From an uncultured Gammaproteobacteria bacterium (GTDB taxonomy: Bacteria; Patescibacteriota; Patescibacteriia; Patescibacteriales; UBA12465): a stretch of 64,000 nucleotides of DNA. Numbering within the stretch: the first letter of the stretch is position 1; each line of letters opens with the position of its first letter. This document shows positions 36,525 through 46,286 of the stretch, piece after piece. A program made the translations under genes and the position numbers. The DNA is taken from contig CAZJSQ010000001.1 in NCBI GenBank assembly GCA_964548885.1, forward strand, positions 52,782 through 116,781, in the 5' to 3' direction. The notes beneath the pieces were generated by a model. That model was given only the letters and a program-made list of their open reading frames with translations. It made no database searches and was not told the origin of the DNA.

Positions 36525-39032
36525 ATGTCAGAAAAATTGATTATCCGCGGAGCGCGGACGCACAACCTAAAGAATATCGACCTGGAAATACCGCATAATA
36601 AATTGACGGTCATTACCGGCGTCTCCGGTTCGGGGAAATCGTCGCTGGCATATGACACGATTTTTGCCGAAGGCCAGAGACAATACGTCGAGTCTTTATC
36701 GCCTTATATGCGCCAATTCCTGGGCCAGAAAAAACCGGCCGATGTTGATGAAATGATCGGCTTGGCGCCCTCTATTTCTATTGATCAGAAAGCCCTCTCG
36801 CATAACCCGCGTTCAACGGTCGGGACGCTGACCGATATTTATGACTACTTGCGTGTCTTATACGCTCGCGTCGGCGAAGTCTATTGCCCGGTCTGCGGCG
36901 TGAAAATTGAAAAGCTCACCGTGGAAGAAATGGTTGATATTTTAATTAATCGCGGCGCTGATTTGAAAGAAGAATGCGTGACCGTCCTGTCGCCGGTCGT
37001 CCGTGATCGCCAGGGTGAATATTATCAACTCTTATATAATTACCTATCGCTCGGCTATAGCGAATCCCGCATTGACGGGAAAATTCATTCTTTGCGCGAA
37101 CAGGTAAAACTGGCGCCCAAGCAAAAGCATGATATTGAAATCGTGATTGATAAAGTGATGTTAAACGATGAGACGCGCCTTTTTGAAGCGGTTGAAAATT
37201 CACTGGAATACAGCAAGGGGCTTCTGATCGCGAAGTATAAAGACCAAGAATTTTTATTGTCCGCGAACTGGACCTGTCCGAACGATAATTTTTCTTTTCC
37301 GGAAGTGGAACCGCGGCTTTTTTCTTTTAATTCGCCCCACGGCGCCTGTCCGGAATGTAGCGGGCTTGGTCGAATCGATTTTTTCAGCGAAGAAAAATGC
37401 CCGGCCTGCCAGGGGAAACGTCTGCGGCCGGAAGCTTTATCGGTCAGAATTAACAATAAAAACATCGCCGAAGTGGCGACTTTACCGATTAAGCGCGCTC
37501 TGGATTTTTTTAATCATTATTACGAAAAAATGACGAAGCGCCAGCGCGCCATCGCCGAGAATGTCGTCGTCCAAATTATCAGCCGTCTGGAATTCTTGTT
37601 AAAAGTCGGCTTGAATTATCTGTCACTGGAACGCGAAGCCCATACCTTGTCCGGCGGCGAAGCCCAGCGCATCCGCTTATCTTCGCAAATCGGTTCGCAT
37701 TTATCCCGGACTCTATATGTTTTGGACGAACCGACTATCGGCCTGCATGAACGCGACACCGACCGCCTGATAAGTACGCTTAAAGCTTTGCGCGACAAGA
37801 ATAATACGGTTATTATCGTGGAACACGATGAAAAAACTATTTTAGAATCCGATTATCTTGTCGATCTCGGCCCCTTGGCCGGCGTTCACGGCGGGGAAGT
37901 CGTCGCGATTGGCAGTACTAAAGACTTACTGAACGAAGCCAAAAATAAAACGGCGCTAAAAAAGTCTTTAACCTTGCAATATCTTATCGGCCAGCGGGAA
38001 ATTTCCTTGCCGGATAAACGTCGCGAGCAGAATCATGGCGCTTTAAAAATTCGCGGCGCTTACGCCAACAACCTCAAGAACTTGAACGTTGATATGCCGC
38101 TCGGCCGCCTCGTCGGCATCAGCGGCGTTTCCGGTTCAGGCAAATCTTCGCTGTTATACGATGTGATTTATAAGAACGTCACTCAAATAAAAAATCGTCC
38201 GGGTAAAGCGAAGTTGGAACAGGTTAAAGAGGTTAAAGGAGCGGAATATATCAATAAAGTCGTGGTCATTAATCAATCGCCGATCGGTCGGACCCCGCGC
38301 TCCAACCCCGCGACTTATACCGGCATTTTTACTCCGATTCGCGATTTTTTCGCCTCTCTCCCGGAATCCCGCGCCCGCGGCTATATAATCGGCCGTTTCT
38401 CCTTTAATCGCCCGGGCGGGCGCTGTGAAGCCTGCGAGGGCGCCGGGGCGAACCTGATTGAAATGCATTTCCTGCCGCCGGTTCTCGTTGAATGCGAGGT
38501 TTGCCGCGGCCGGCGTTTTAATCGGGAAACTTTACAGGTTAAATATAAAAGCAAGAACATCGCCGAAATTTTGGATTTGACCATTGAGGAGGCGATTGAA
38601 CATTTTGCCGGTAATTATTTTATTACCGATAAACTGAAAGTTCTGGAGTCTGTCGGCCTCGGCTATCTGAAAATCGGTCAGAGCGCGACGACTTTATCGG
38701 GCGGCGAAGCCCAGCGCATCAAAATCGCTAAAGAGCTGACTCATACTTTAGGGAAACGCACCCTTTATCTTTTAGACGAGCCCACGACCGGTTTGCATTA
38801 TTATGATATCGGCAGACTCTTATCGGTCTTAAATAAACTGGTGGAGAAAGGAAATTCCGTTTTAGTGATCGAGCACAATATGCACATGCTTAAATCAATG
38901 GATTATATCGTTGATCTCGGACCGGAAGGCGGAGAAGAAGGCGGACGTTTGGTCGCCGCCGGCGCTCCGGAAGATATCGTCCGCGAACCGGAAAGTCTGA
39001 CCGGGAAGTATTTAAAAAAGTATTTGAAATAA
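36525..39032 (+). CDS. uvrA: Excinuclease ABC subunit A (short form lacking the insertion domain)
   Basis: Two ABC modules (GVSGSGKSS x2, LSGGEAQR x2) and Zn-finger Cys pairs. By my alignment to the canonical ~940-aa UvrA, CPECSGLG joins directly to CPACQGKRL, so the ~105-aa insertion domain is absent. Length is 835 aa. Confidence 0.9.
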   Translation: MSEKLIIRGARTHNLKNIDLEIPHNKLTVITGVSGSGKSSLAYDTIFAEGQRQYVESLSPYMRQFLGQKKPADVDEMIGLAPSISIDQKALSHNPRSTVGTLTDIYDYLRVLYARVGEVYCPVCGVKIEKLTVEEMVDILINRGADLKEECVTVLSPVVRDRQGEYYQLLYNYLSLGYSESRIDGKIHSLREQVKLAPKQKHDIEIVIDKVMLNDETRLFEAVENSLEYSKGLLIAKYKDQEFLLSANWTCPNDNFSFPEVEPRLFSFNSPHGACPECSGLGRIDFFSEEKCPACQGKRLRPEALSVRINNKNIAEVATLPIKRALDFFNHYYEKMTKRQRAIAENVVVQIISRLEFLLKVGLNYLSLEREAHTLSGGEAQRIRLSSQIGSHLSRTLYVLDEPTIGLHERDTDRLISTLKALRDKNNTVIIVEHDEKTILESDYLVDLGPLAGVHGGEVVAIGSTKDLLNEAKNKTALKKSLTLQYLIGQREISLPDKRREQNHGALKIRGAYANNLKNLNVDMPLGRLVGISGVSGSGKSSLLYDVIYKNVTQIKNRPGKAKLEQVKEVKGAEYINKVVVINQSPIGRTPRSNPATYTGIFTPIRDFFASLPESRARGYIIGRFSFNRPGGRCEACEGAGANLIEMHFLPPVLVECEVCRGRRFNRETLQVKYKSKNIAEILDLTIEEAIEHFAGNYFITDKLKVLESVGLGYLKIGQSATTLSGGEAQRIKIAKELTHTLGKRTLYLLDEPTTGLHYYDIGRLLSVLNKLVEKGNSVLVIEHNMHMLKSMDYIVDLGPEGGEEGGRLVAAGAPEDIVREPESLTGKYLKKYLK

Positions 39033-39118
39033 AAAAAGCCGAAAAGAGATTTTAAGTTGGTCCTTTTATACGCTTGGGAGTTACTTAAAATTCTTCTCGG
39101 CCGGTTGACCGCAATTTT

Positions 39119-40363
39119 ATGAATTTTAGTCATAATCTTAAAAACAAATTAAAAACCATTCCTAAAAAGCCCGGGATTTATTTCTGGCTGGATAAAACCG
39201 GAAAAATTTTATATGTCGGCCGGGCGACGAGTTTGAAAAATCGCCTCAGTCAATATTTCCAAAAGAACATCGATTCGCGCATCGCCGAAATGGTTGCGAG
39301 CGCGGCTAATATTAAATATGAAGTTACGGAAACGCTTCTGGAAGCGATTATCCTGGAAGCGAAAAATATTAAAAAATATTGGCCGAAGTATAACGTTAGA
39401 GATCGTGATGACCGTTCCTTTATTTATGTTATTATTCCGAAAGCCGATTTTTCCAAGCCCCTCATCGTTCGCGGCACGGACTTAAAGAAATTCTCCGGCT
39501 CTTCTATCGTTGGTAAAAAGCGAACAACGGGCCGCGCCAAAATCTTCGGGCCCTATCAATCTTTTCATCTTATCCAGAGCGCCTTGCGCCTGATTCGTCG
39601 CGTCTTTCCGTATGGAACCTGCGCGCCGGCCGGTGTCGCGGGTAACCCCGAAGGCCGAGCCTGTTTTGATTATCAGATTGGGTTATGTCCGGGCGCTTGC
39701 GTCGGAATCATTTCGCCTGAAGATTATCAGAAAAATATTAATAATATTATTCTTCTCCTTTCCGGCGAGAAGAAACGCCTCGTCAATAAATTAAAAAAAT
39801 CCAATCCCGATAAGATAAAAGCTTTAAAACATCTCCAGGATGTCGCGCTTCTTACCCGTGAAGACGATTTGGGAGAATATAAGATTAGTCGCCTGGAAGG
39901 CTATGATATTTCGCATCATGCCGGCAAAGAAAGTTACGGCGCTATGGTTGTTTTTGAGAGTGGAGAAGCGGCTAAAAATGAATACCGATTATTTAAAATA
40001 AAAGAAGCGCCGGCCGGCGACGACGAGCGCGCTTTAAGCGAGATGCTTCTGCGCCGTTTCAAACATAGCGAGTGGCCGATGCCGGATTTAATAATGGTTG
40101 ACGGCGGAGCGCCGCAAATAAGTTTTCTTGCCCGCGTCTTCAAAGCCAATAATATAAATATCCCGCTGGTCGGTATTTCTAAATTCGGCGGCGATAAGCT
40201 CGTTTTCACCCCGGAAACCAAAGGACCCCTGCGCGGCCTGGCGGAAAATATCAAACCGACTTTATTGAAATTGAGAGAAGAGGCGCATCGTTTCGCCAAT
40301 CGGGGACGAACGCTCAAAAAGATAAATTGGCAAACTAGCCCAAAAAATCGTAATCGGCTATAA
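39119..40363 (+). CDS. uvrC: Excinuclease ABC subunit C, truncated form (GIY-YIG nuclease plus partial RNase H-like region, no (HhH)2)
   Basis: GIY-YIG: PGIYFWLDKTGKILYVGRATSLKNRLSQY. The central part ends with DLIMVDGGAPQ...IPLVGISK. At 414 aa (versus ~600) it lacks the C-terminal HhH domain. Confidence 0.8.
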   Translation: MNFSHNLKNKLKTIPKKPGIYFWLDKTGKILYVGRATSLKNRLSQYFQKNIDSRIAEMVASAANIKYEVTETLLEAIILEAKNIKKYWPKYNVRDRDDRSFIYVIIPKADFSKPLIVRGTDLKKFSGSSIVGKKRTTGRAKIFGPYQSFHLIQSALRLIRRVFPYGTCAPAGVAGNPEGRACFDYQIGLCPGACVGIISPEDYQKNINNIILLLSGEKKRLVNKLKKSNPDKIKALKHLQDVALLTREDDLGEYKISRLEGYDISHHAGKESYGAMVVFESGEAAKNEYRLFKIKEAPAGDDERALSEMLLRRFKHSEWPMPDLIMVDGGAPQISFLARVFKANNINIPLVGISKFGGDKLVFTPETKGPLRGLAENIKPTLLKLREEAHRFANRGRTLKKINWQTSPKNRNRL

Positions 40364-40401
40364 TAGAAGTAAGTCTAATTAATTTAAAAATAAAAAACTA
40401 T

Positions 40402-41139
40402 ATGAAAAAAACCTATGTTTTTCTAGTAACTTTGGGCGTCCTGGCGGTAACCGCCATCGTCATCGTCGCCCTCGTTATGGCGGACAACGTCAATAACCAA
40501 GATCGTTTCTCGGTCACCGGATCCGGTACAGTTTATGCCAAGGCCGATATCGCTAACTTAGAAGTCGGATTAAAGACCGGCACTAAAAAAACCGCGGTCG
40601 AAGCGACTACTGACAGCACCGGCAAGATGAACGCGATTATTGAAGCGGTCAAAGCTTTGGGTATTGAAGAAAAAGACATTAAGACCAGCGGTTATTCTTT
40701 GAACCCGGTCTATAACTGGACCGAAGGCAGGGGCCAGGAATTAATCGGTTATGAAGTCAGCCAGAATGTGAATTTAAAAATCCGCGACTTGAATAAAATC
40801 GGCGACATTATTGCCAAGACGACCGAGAAAGGCGCGAATCAAATCGGCAATATCAGTTTCACCATTGACGACGAATATGAGTTGAGGAACCAAGCCAGGG
40901 AATTAGCTATTGCCAAAGCCAAAGAGAAGGCGCTGATGATTGCCGAACAATCCGGTATGAAATTGGGTAAAATCAAGAGCGTTTATGAGAACGCCGAACC
41001 GGTAATCAGCCCAGTCATGTACTCCAACGCTAAATTAGATATGGGCGCCGGCCGCGCCGCCGAATTGTCCGCTCCTTCCATCCAATCCGGCCAGAATGAA
41101 ATCAAGGTGGAAGCCACTTTAGTTTACGAAGTGAAATAG
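40402..41139 (+). CDS. SIMPL-domain protein (DUF541; BP26/OMP28-like)
   Basis: A signal anchor, then SVTGSGTVYAKADIANLEVGL...GYEVSQNVNLKIRD...ISFTI, the typical SIMPL pattern. Confidence 0.75.
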   Translation: MKKTYVFLVTLGVLAVTAIVIVALVMADNVNNQDRFSVTGSGTVYAKADIANLEVGLKTGTKKTAVEATTDSTGKMNAIIEAVKALGIEEKDIKTSGYSLNPVYNWTEGRGQELIGYEVSQNVNLKIRDLNKIGDIIAKTTEKGANQIGNISFTIDDEYELRNQARELAIAKAKEKALMIAEQSGMKLGKIKSVYENAEPVISPVMYSNAKLDMGAGRAAELSAPSIQSGQNEIKVEATLVYEVK

Positions 41140-41187
41140 TCAACGATTTGAACGATTCTAAACACCTCCCAAACAAATTCCGTCAAT

Positions 41188-41220
41188 AAAAAACCGCCTG
41201 TTAATAGGGGCGGTTTTGTT
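41188..41220. terminator. Bidirectional intrinsic terminator
   Basis: AAAAAACCGCC-TGTTAATAGG-GGCGGTTTTGTTTT between the convergent SIMPL and HAD genes. Confidence 0.7.
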
Positions 41221-41232
41221 TTGAAGAAATTT

Positions 41233-41958
41233 TTACATTTTTTTTTGCTTTTTTTCCATCTTTGCCTGGATAAGCCGACTCAGGTAAAACGATAGAGACT
41301 CATGATTAGGGATAATTTCGGTTTCTTCCAAACCGGCATCTCGGAACTCTTCGTAGGTATTGATTCCGGAACAGACGCCGACAAATTTGATCGGCCGGCC
41401 TTGAAGGCGGGCATTTTTAACGGCTCGATAATCATATTTAATCGTATCACCGAAATAAACGATATTTTCAGCTGTCAGGCCGCCGCCAAGATCACGCGCC
41501 CAATTAATAAGTGGTACGAAGACGTAACCACTCGGCTTACAGCTGTGGTAGTCGTCCACCGTCTGGATATAATGGAATATATTCAGACTCAAATCGATTT
41601 TTCGGGTATATTTTTTCAAGTCCGCCTCTCCTCGGCTGGTTATTATCGCCGTCAGAAACCCGAATTGCGGGAGAGCAACCAGGACTCTAAATAAGCTCCG
41701 ATCGAAAGTATAACTCGGGTGGATTTCTTTTTCTCGCTTTTTAAAGCAAGCGGTTTGTTCTTCATTCGCTCCTTGAAGTTGGCAAATAAGAGCGGCCAAA
41801 TCATCCATCTTTTTACCCCAGTGTTCTCTTAAAAAATCTGGGGATACCGGCGGCAGCTTAAGTTCAGTTAAGATTTGATTGACTTTTTGAAAGCCGAGAA
41901 GGGTATTATTGACAACAACTCCATCGAAGTCAAAACACAAAATCATTCGATTCTTCAT
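41233..41958 (-). CDS. HAD-superfamily hydrolase
   Basis: Motif I CFDFDGVVV, and a GD motif (YFGDTIKYD) near the C-terminus. Length is 241 aa. Confidence 0.7.
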   Translation of the reverse strand: MKNRMILCFDFDGVVVNNTLLGFQKVNQILTELKLPPVSPDFLREHWGKKMDDLAALICQLQGANEEQTACFKKREKEIHPSYTFDRSLFRVLVALPQFGFLTAIITSRGEADLKKYTRKIDLSLNIFHYIQTVDDYHSCKPSGYVFVPLINWARDLGGGLTAENIVYFGDTIKYDYRAVKNARLQGRPIKFVGVCSGINTYEEFRDAGLEETEIIPNHESLSFYLSRLIQAKMEKKQKKM

Positions 41959-42103
41959 TATTTATTCTTTTTGGTTAGTATTTAATTTTTAAAGAAATTT
42001 TCTTGCCTAATTTTTATCTAAATTAGTCATCTAAAAATTACTACAAAAAATAGTAATAGTCAAGCCCGCAGATTAACTATCCGGATAAAACTAATACAAA
42101 CTC

Positions 42104-42131
42104 TTGACAAACTCTAACAATTTGCTAATAT
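42104..42131 (+). promoter_or_regulatory. Sigma70-like promoter (TTGACA, 16-nt spacer, TAATAT) for the rplJL operon
   Basis: Consensus -35 and a good -10 lie ~160 nt upstream of rplJ. Confidence 0.5.
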
Positions 42132-42290
42132 ATCAACATAACAAAATATTGCCAGAGACAGCCAGCATTTCGGAACGGATTAAGGCTCCGGCCGATTATA
42201 AGACTCGCCGAGGTACAGATACTTTATTTTTAAGTATTTCTGCCAGGACGTCTGTGGTGAAACACGGATTTTTTATTATCTAAGATATAT
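42132..42290 (+). promoter_or_regulatory. rplJ 5' leader (candidate L10(L12)4 autoregulatory leader)
   Basis: A ~160-nt untranslated leader between the promoter and rplJ. Bacterial rplJL operons commonly carry a structured L10-binding leader. The structure was not verified. Confidence 0.3.
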
Positions 42291-42830
42291 ATGCCAAAGA
42301 ATAAAATTCAAAAAGGAGAGATTTTTCGCGATTTAAACGAAAGAATCAAGAAATCCAAGTCTCTGGTGTTCGCGGGCTTTAACGCTTTCGGCGTTAAAGA
42401 TAACGAAGATTTGCGCGACAAATTAAGGAAAGCGGGCGGCGAATATTATGTCGCCAAGAAAACCTTGATGAACCTGGCCTTGAAAGAGAATAATTTAAAC
42501 GTCAACGTCAAAGATTTCGAAGGTAAAGTCGCGGTCATCTTTTCTTATGAGGACGAAGTCGCTCCGGCCAAGATTTTGGGAAATTTCCGCAAGGAGAGAG
42601 ATAAGGATAAAGATAAAGCCGGAGGCATTTTCTTTTTGGGAGGCGTCCTGGAAGGGAAGCTTCTTTCTAGAAAAGAAGTCGAAGCTCTGTCCGAATTGCC
42701 GAGCAAGATTGAATTATACGCGCGGCTCGTCGGTTCCATCAACGCGCCTATTTCCGGTTTTGTGGGCGTGCTCGCCGGTAATCTGCGCGGTTTAGTCGCC
42801 GTTTTGAAAGCGATCGAAGCCAAAAAATAA
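42291..42830 (+). CDS. rplJ: 50S ribosomal protein L10
   Basis: VFAGFNAFGVKDNEDLRDKLRKAGGEYYVAKKTL. Length is 179 aa, directly upstream of rplL. Confidence 0.9.
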   Translation: MPKNKIQKGEIFRDLNERIKKSKSLVFAGFNAFGVKDNEDLRDKLRKAGGEYYVAKKTLMNLALKENNLNVNVKDFEGKVAVIFSYEDEVAPAKILGNFRKERDKDKDKAGGIFFLGGVLEGKLLSRKEVEALSELPSKIELYARLVGSINAPISGFVGVLAGNLRGLVAVLKAIEAKK

Positions 42831-42866
42831 TTAATTAACATAAATAATAAATTTAATTTTAAACGT

Positions 42867-43259
42867 ATGGAAGAGAAAAATGTAGTCGTTCCGGCGAAAT
42901 TTGAAAAATTAGTCGGCGAAATCGAGAAGATGAGCGTTTTAGACTTAGCGGAACTCGTTAAGATTTTAGAAAAAAAATTCGGCGTGAGCGCGTCCGCTCC
43001 GGCCATGATGATGGCTCCGGCCGCGGCCGCCGCCGTAGTCGAAGAGAAAGAAAGTTTTGACGTGGAGATCACCGATAGCGGCGCCAGCAAAATCAACGTC
43101 ATTAAAGCGGTTCGCGAGTTGACTGAAATGGGCTTAAAGGAAGCCAAGGACTTGGTTGACGGCGCCCCGAAAGTTTTAAAGGAAGGAGTTAAGAAAGTTG
43201 AGGCGGAAGCGATGAAGAAGAGACTGGAAGAAGCCGGCGCTAAAGTCACTTTGAAATAA
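42867..43259 (+). CDS. rplL: 50S ribosomal protein L7/L12
   Basis: An Ala-rich hinge, then the C-terminal domain [28 protein letters not shown]...[16 protein letters not shown]. Confidence 0.95.
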   Translation: MEEKNVVVPAKFEKLVGEIEKMSVLDLAELVKILEKKFGVSASAPAMMMAPAAAAAVVEEKESFDVEITDSGASKINVIKAVRELTEMGLKEAKDLVDGAPKVLKEGVKKVEAEAMKKRLEEAGAKVTLK

Positions 43260-43278
43260 TCTACTTTTTCCGCTCTAT

Positions 43279-43309
43279 AAAAACCGACTCTTAAAGGTCG
43301 GTTTTTTGT
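43279..43309. terminator. Bidirectional intrinsic terminator after rplL
   Basis: AAAAACCGAC-TCTTAAAG-GTCGGTTTTTTG. Confidence 0.7.
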
Positions 43310-43336
43310 TATGGAAAATTAATATTATAAAATAAT

Positions 43337-45616
43337 TTACTGATTCAATCCGACCTTATAAATCGCATCTCCATCCAAAAAGTAAGCGGTCCTTCCGACT
43401 TCATCAACCGTTACGTCTTTAATCTGGTTGAGCGATTCTATAACATACTGATTGGCCAAAAGACCTTTCTCTTTAGATAAAACCGCCAAACGCTTAGAGG
43501 TCGCTTCAAAAATATATAAATACTTCGCGCCGACAATAAGTTTATTGGCGCCGGTCATAGCCGGAGACAAGGCCGCTGCGTCATATTTCTCCGCTTCACC
43601 GCCGGAGAACCGCAAGACCGCGCCGTCAGCTTTTAAGACATAAATATCGTTGTCAATCCCTAGATCAACCGCTTGACTTAAATCAGCGTTCTCTTTAAGC
43701 CAATCAAACTTCGTACTAAAACCTTTATTAGATTTTGGATAGACATAAATCTGATTTTTATCCTTAGCGAGAGAATATAAAGCAGTAGAATATAACTTGG
43801 AATTATAAATTTTAAAACCGATCAGGCTGGAAGCTAATTCCAGATTAGCGGTGCTGATAAGACTGCCGGTCTTATTCTTGAAATCAAGCTTAACGATATT
43901 TCCGGCGTCCCAATAATAAATATTGTTACTATAGTAATGAGGATCGCTTAAATTACTCGCGCCTTTTATTTCTATCCTGGAAGAAGAGGCGCTACCGGGC
44001 GTCAGGGCGTAGACCGTTGAACCGCCGGCGGCGTAAATTTTTCCGGCGGCAAAAGTTAGATTGCTCACGTTTAAGCCGATCAAATCATTAATCTTATCGG
44101 CCGAAGTTATCCGGACTATCTTTTGGAGCTTTTCGGCCGCGGCCGCCAATTTAACGGATAACTCCTGATAAGCGGCTTCCTGCTTATCATTCTCTCGCGG
44201 CAGGGAAGCTAAAAGAGCCTGCGCTTCCGTTAATATTCCGGTCGCGCCGGCTTCATCTTTATATAAGAGATGATTATTGATTTCAGTTTCTTTGTCGTTA
44301 ATGGCGATAATCAGATTATTAAAATTTTCTTCCGCGACGGTGCGCTGGTGATGCCGACTCGTCGCGAGAACGCTCACGATCAAAACTATAACCGCTAAAC
44401 TTAAGCCGACGAAAAGCCAGCGCTTCTTTTTATTAAGCGACATCAGCCCCGACCGAAAATGGCCGCCCAGCCCCGACCAAAAATGGCCGCCGAACAAACC
44501 GGCCAAGACGGATTTAAAATTTCTGAACCAAGAACCGACAGCCCCGGTCCTTTTTTTGAAAAAAATCTTATCCGGTTTTAAGAAGGAACCGGAGCCGGCC
44601 ATATTCAGGCTCTTGACCATTCCTAAATCCAAAGGCGGCTGAACAACCTGTTCTTCTTCGGTTCGGATATATTTCTGACGCGGCCGAGACGGTTTGAACC
44701 GCCAACTCTTAACCGCATTTTTCAATCCCTTTAGCATTCCAGCCAGGTTGATCAAACCGGCCGGAGCGAGCATGCGCTCGGTTTTTTGTTCCGTATAATT
44801 TAACGAAGAAATAGAACTGTGGGCCGAAAATTCTTCCAAATCTTCTTTAGAGTCCGCCGGCGCCAAACCCGTGGTATTTTTAATGATTATTCCCAGGAAT
44901 GGGATATAAGTATTTACTTTTAATAAAACATTCTTGATTTGTTCGGCGGCGGCCAGAGGCGGGAGTTTCGTGATAATGCCGATCATCTCCTGGCCGGACA
45001 GATATTCCGGCAGAGCTTCGTTGCCAAGCACAAAATAAGAAGCCAAGGGGATCTCGCCGCTGATAACCGAGGAAAATAGTTTAGGCGCGCGCGACGGCGC
45101 CGCTTCGGCCTCGCCGGTATCCGCCAGCGCTTCGGCGGCGTTGGCTTCAACATTGATTATTTCATATTCTTCGCCGCGGCGGAAAACCAGCAAGGAACGA
45201 TTGCGGCCGAAATTGGCGAAGTGGATCTTATTCTCATAAACGACGCCGATAGTCAGGTTAATGGCCGCCGGATTAAGCCTAATCTTCTCATTGACTAAAA
45301 AATCGGCCAAATCACGATTAGTCTTAGTCACGGCCGCCTCAAAAATATTTTCAATCTTCAGCCCCGGGATCTTATCCTTGAATAAGATCTTTTCGTCGTT
45401 ATAATAATTATCGCTTAAGGCCATTATCAAAAAATCAAGAAACTTCCGGCTTTCGATTTTTTTGCCGCCGATTTCCGCCAGCACAAAAATCTTGCCGGCC
45501 TGGCTTTCTTTAAGCGTATCCGGTTGAGCGACAAAAACATCGCTTAAGCCCATGGCCTTGGCGGAGTTTAAAATAATTGAAGAAATCTTATTATACATAA
45601 GAAAAAAGGGGATCAA
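43337..45616 (-). CDS. Large hypothetical membrane protein: a cytoplasmic N-terminal domain, one TM, and an extracellular beta-rich C-terminal domain
   Basis: A 759-aa ORF with a central TM (WLFVGLSLAVIVLIVSVLA). It contains the tandem repeat GGHFWSGLGGHFRSGL. No confident family assignment. Confidence 0.55.
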   Translation of the reverse strand: MIPFFLMYNKISSIILNSAKAMGLSDVFVAQPDTLKESQAGKIFVLAEIGGKKIESRKFLDFLIMALSDNYYNDEKILFKDKIPGLKIENIFEAAVTKTNRDLADFLVNEKIRLNPAAINLTIGVVYENKIHFANFGRNRSLLVFRRGEEYEIINVEANAAEALADTGEAEAAPSRAPKLFSSVISGEIPLASYFVLGNEALPEYLSGQEMIGIITKLPPLAAAEQIKNVLLKVNTYIPFLGIIIKNTTGLAPADSKEDLEEFSAHSSISSLNYTEQKTERMLAPAGLINLAGMLKGLKNAVKSWRFKPSRPRQKYIRTEEEQVVQPPLDLGMVKSLNMAGSGSFLKPDKIFFKKRTGAVGSWFRNFKSVLAGLFGGHFWSGLGGHFRSGLMSLNKKKRWLFVGLSLAVIVLIVSVLATSRHHQRTVAEENFNNLIIAINDKETEINNHLLYKDEAGATGILTEAQALLASLPRENDKQEAAYQELSVKLAAAAEKLQKIVRITSADKINDLIGLNVSNLTFAAGKIYAAGGSTVYALTPGSASSSRIEIKGASNLSDPHYYSNNIYYWDAGNIVKLDFKNKTGSLISTANLELASSLIGFKIYNSKLYSTALYSLAKDKNQIYVYPKSNKGFSTKFDWLKENADLSQAVDLGIDNDIYVLKADGAVLRFSGGEAEKYDAAALSPAMTGANKLIVGAKYLYIFEATSKRLAVLSKEKGLLANQYVIESLNQIKDVTVDEVGRTAYFLDGDAIYKVGLNQ
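44444..44491. repeat. 24-nt tandem duplication (2 copies, 1 mismatch) inside the coding sequence
   Basis: CAGCCCCGACCGAAAATGGCCGCC / CAGCCCCGACCAAAAATGGCCGCC. Confidence 0.8.
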
Positions 45617-45679
45617 ACCTATTTTTTAGTTTGACTGTTTCTTGTGAATATTATACTATAAATTCATAAATAAAGGAAT

Positions 45680-46255
45680 ATGCTTAACGAGCTTTTTGGT
45701 TCCGAGGCTAGGGTCAAGATTATCAATCTTTTTTTTCTATACCCCGACAAAAAATATTCGTCCGCGCAGATAGCCCAGACGCTAAATCGGCCGCTTAATT
45801 CTTTGCGGCGGGAAACGAATAATCTTCTTAAGACCGGAGTTATCAGAGAAGCCAAGCCCGAGACCGGCGCCACGAAAAAATATTTCAGCGTTAACCCCGA
45901 TTTTATCCTTTTTCCGGAAGTAAGCGCTTTATGCGCCAAGACGCAAATCCTCTTCAGCCAAAATTTTATCGTCAAACTCCAAAAAATCTGCCAGCCGAAA
46001 CTTTTGATCCTGGCCGGTTTTTTTGTGAATTGTCCCGATGCCAAGACTGATTTACTGCTTGTCGGCGCCGTGCGCCGCGCCGCCTTCTTAAAGCTCGTCA
46101 AGGAACTGGAAAAAGAATTGGGTCGGGAAATTAATTTTACTATCCTAAAAGAGCGCGAATATCGTTATCGCCGCGAAGTTATGGATATATTCCTCTATAA
46201 TATCCTGGAAGGGAAAAAACTGGTCTTGATAAATACTCTGAATAAACAAGAATAA
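45680..46255 (+). CDS. Hypothetical protein with an N-terminal winged-helix-like DNA-binding region
   Basis: YSSAQIAQTLNRPLNSLRRETNNLLKTGVIRE resembles an ArsR/MarR-type recognition helix. The C-terminal half is uncharacterised. Confidence 0.5.
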   Translation: MLNELFGSEARVKIINLFFLYPDKKYSSAQIAQTLNRPLNSLRRETNNLLKTGVIREAKPETGATKKYFSVNPDFILFPEVSALCAKTQILFSQNFIVKLQKICQPKLLILAGFFVNCPDAKTDLLLVGAVRRAAFLKLVKELEKELGREINFTILKEREYRYRREVMDIFLYNILEGKKLVLINTLNKQE

Positions 46256-46286
46256 AGATAATATAAATAAGGATCATGAAAAGATT

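Noticed and set aside
42545-43249. 234-aa minus-strand ORF spanning rplJ-rplL
   Set aside because: A low-complexity Ala/Ser/Thr-rich translation antisense to two ribosomal protein genes. It is an artefact of the GC-rich third positions of the sense genes.
44444-44491. CRISPR-like repeat
   Set aside because: Only two tandem copies, with no spacers, and it lies inside a coding sequence, so it is a tandem duplication rather than a CRISPR array. No CRISPR arrays or cas genes were seen anywhere in the window.
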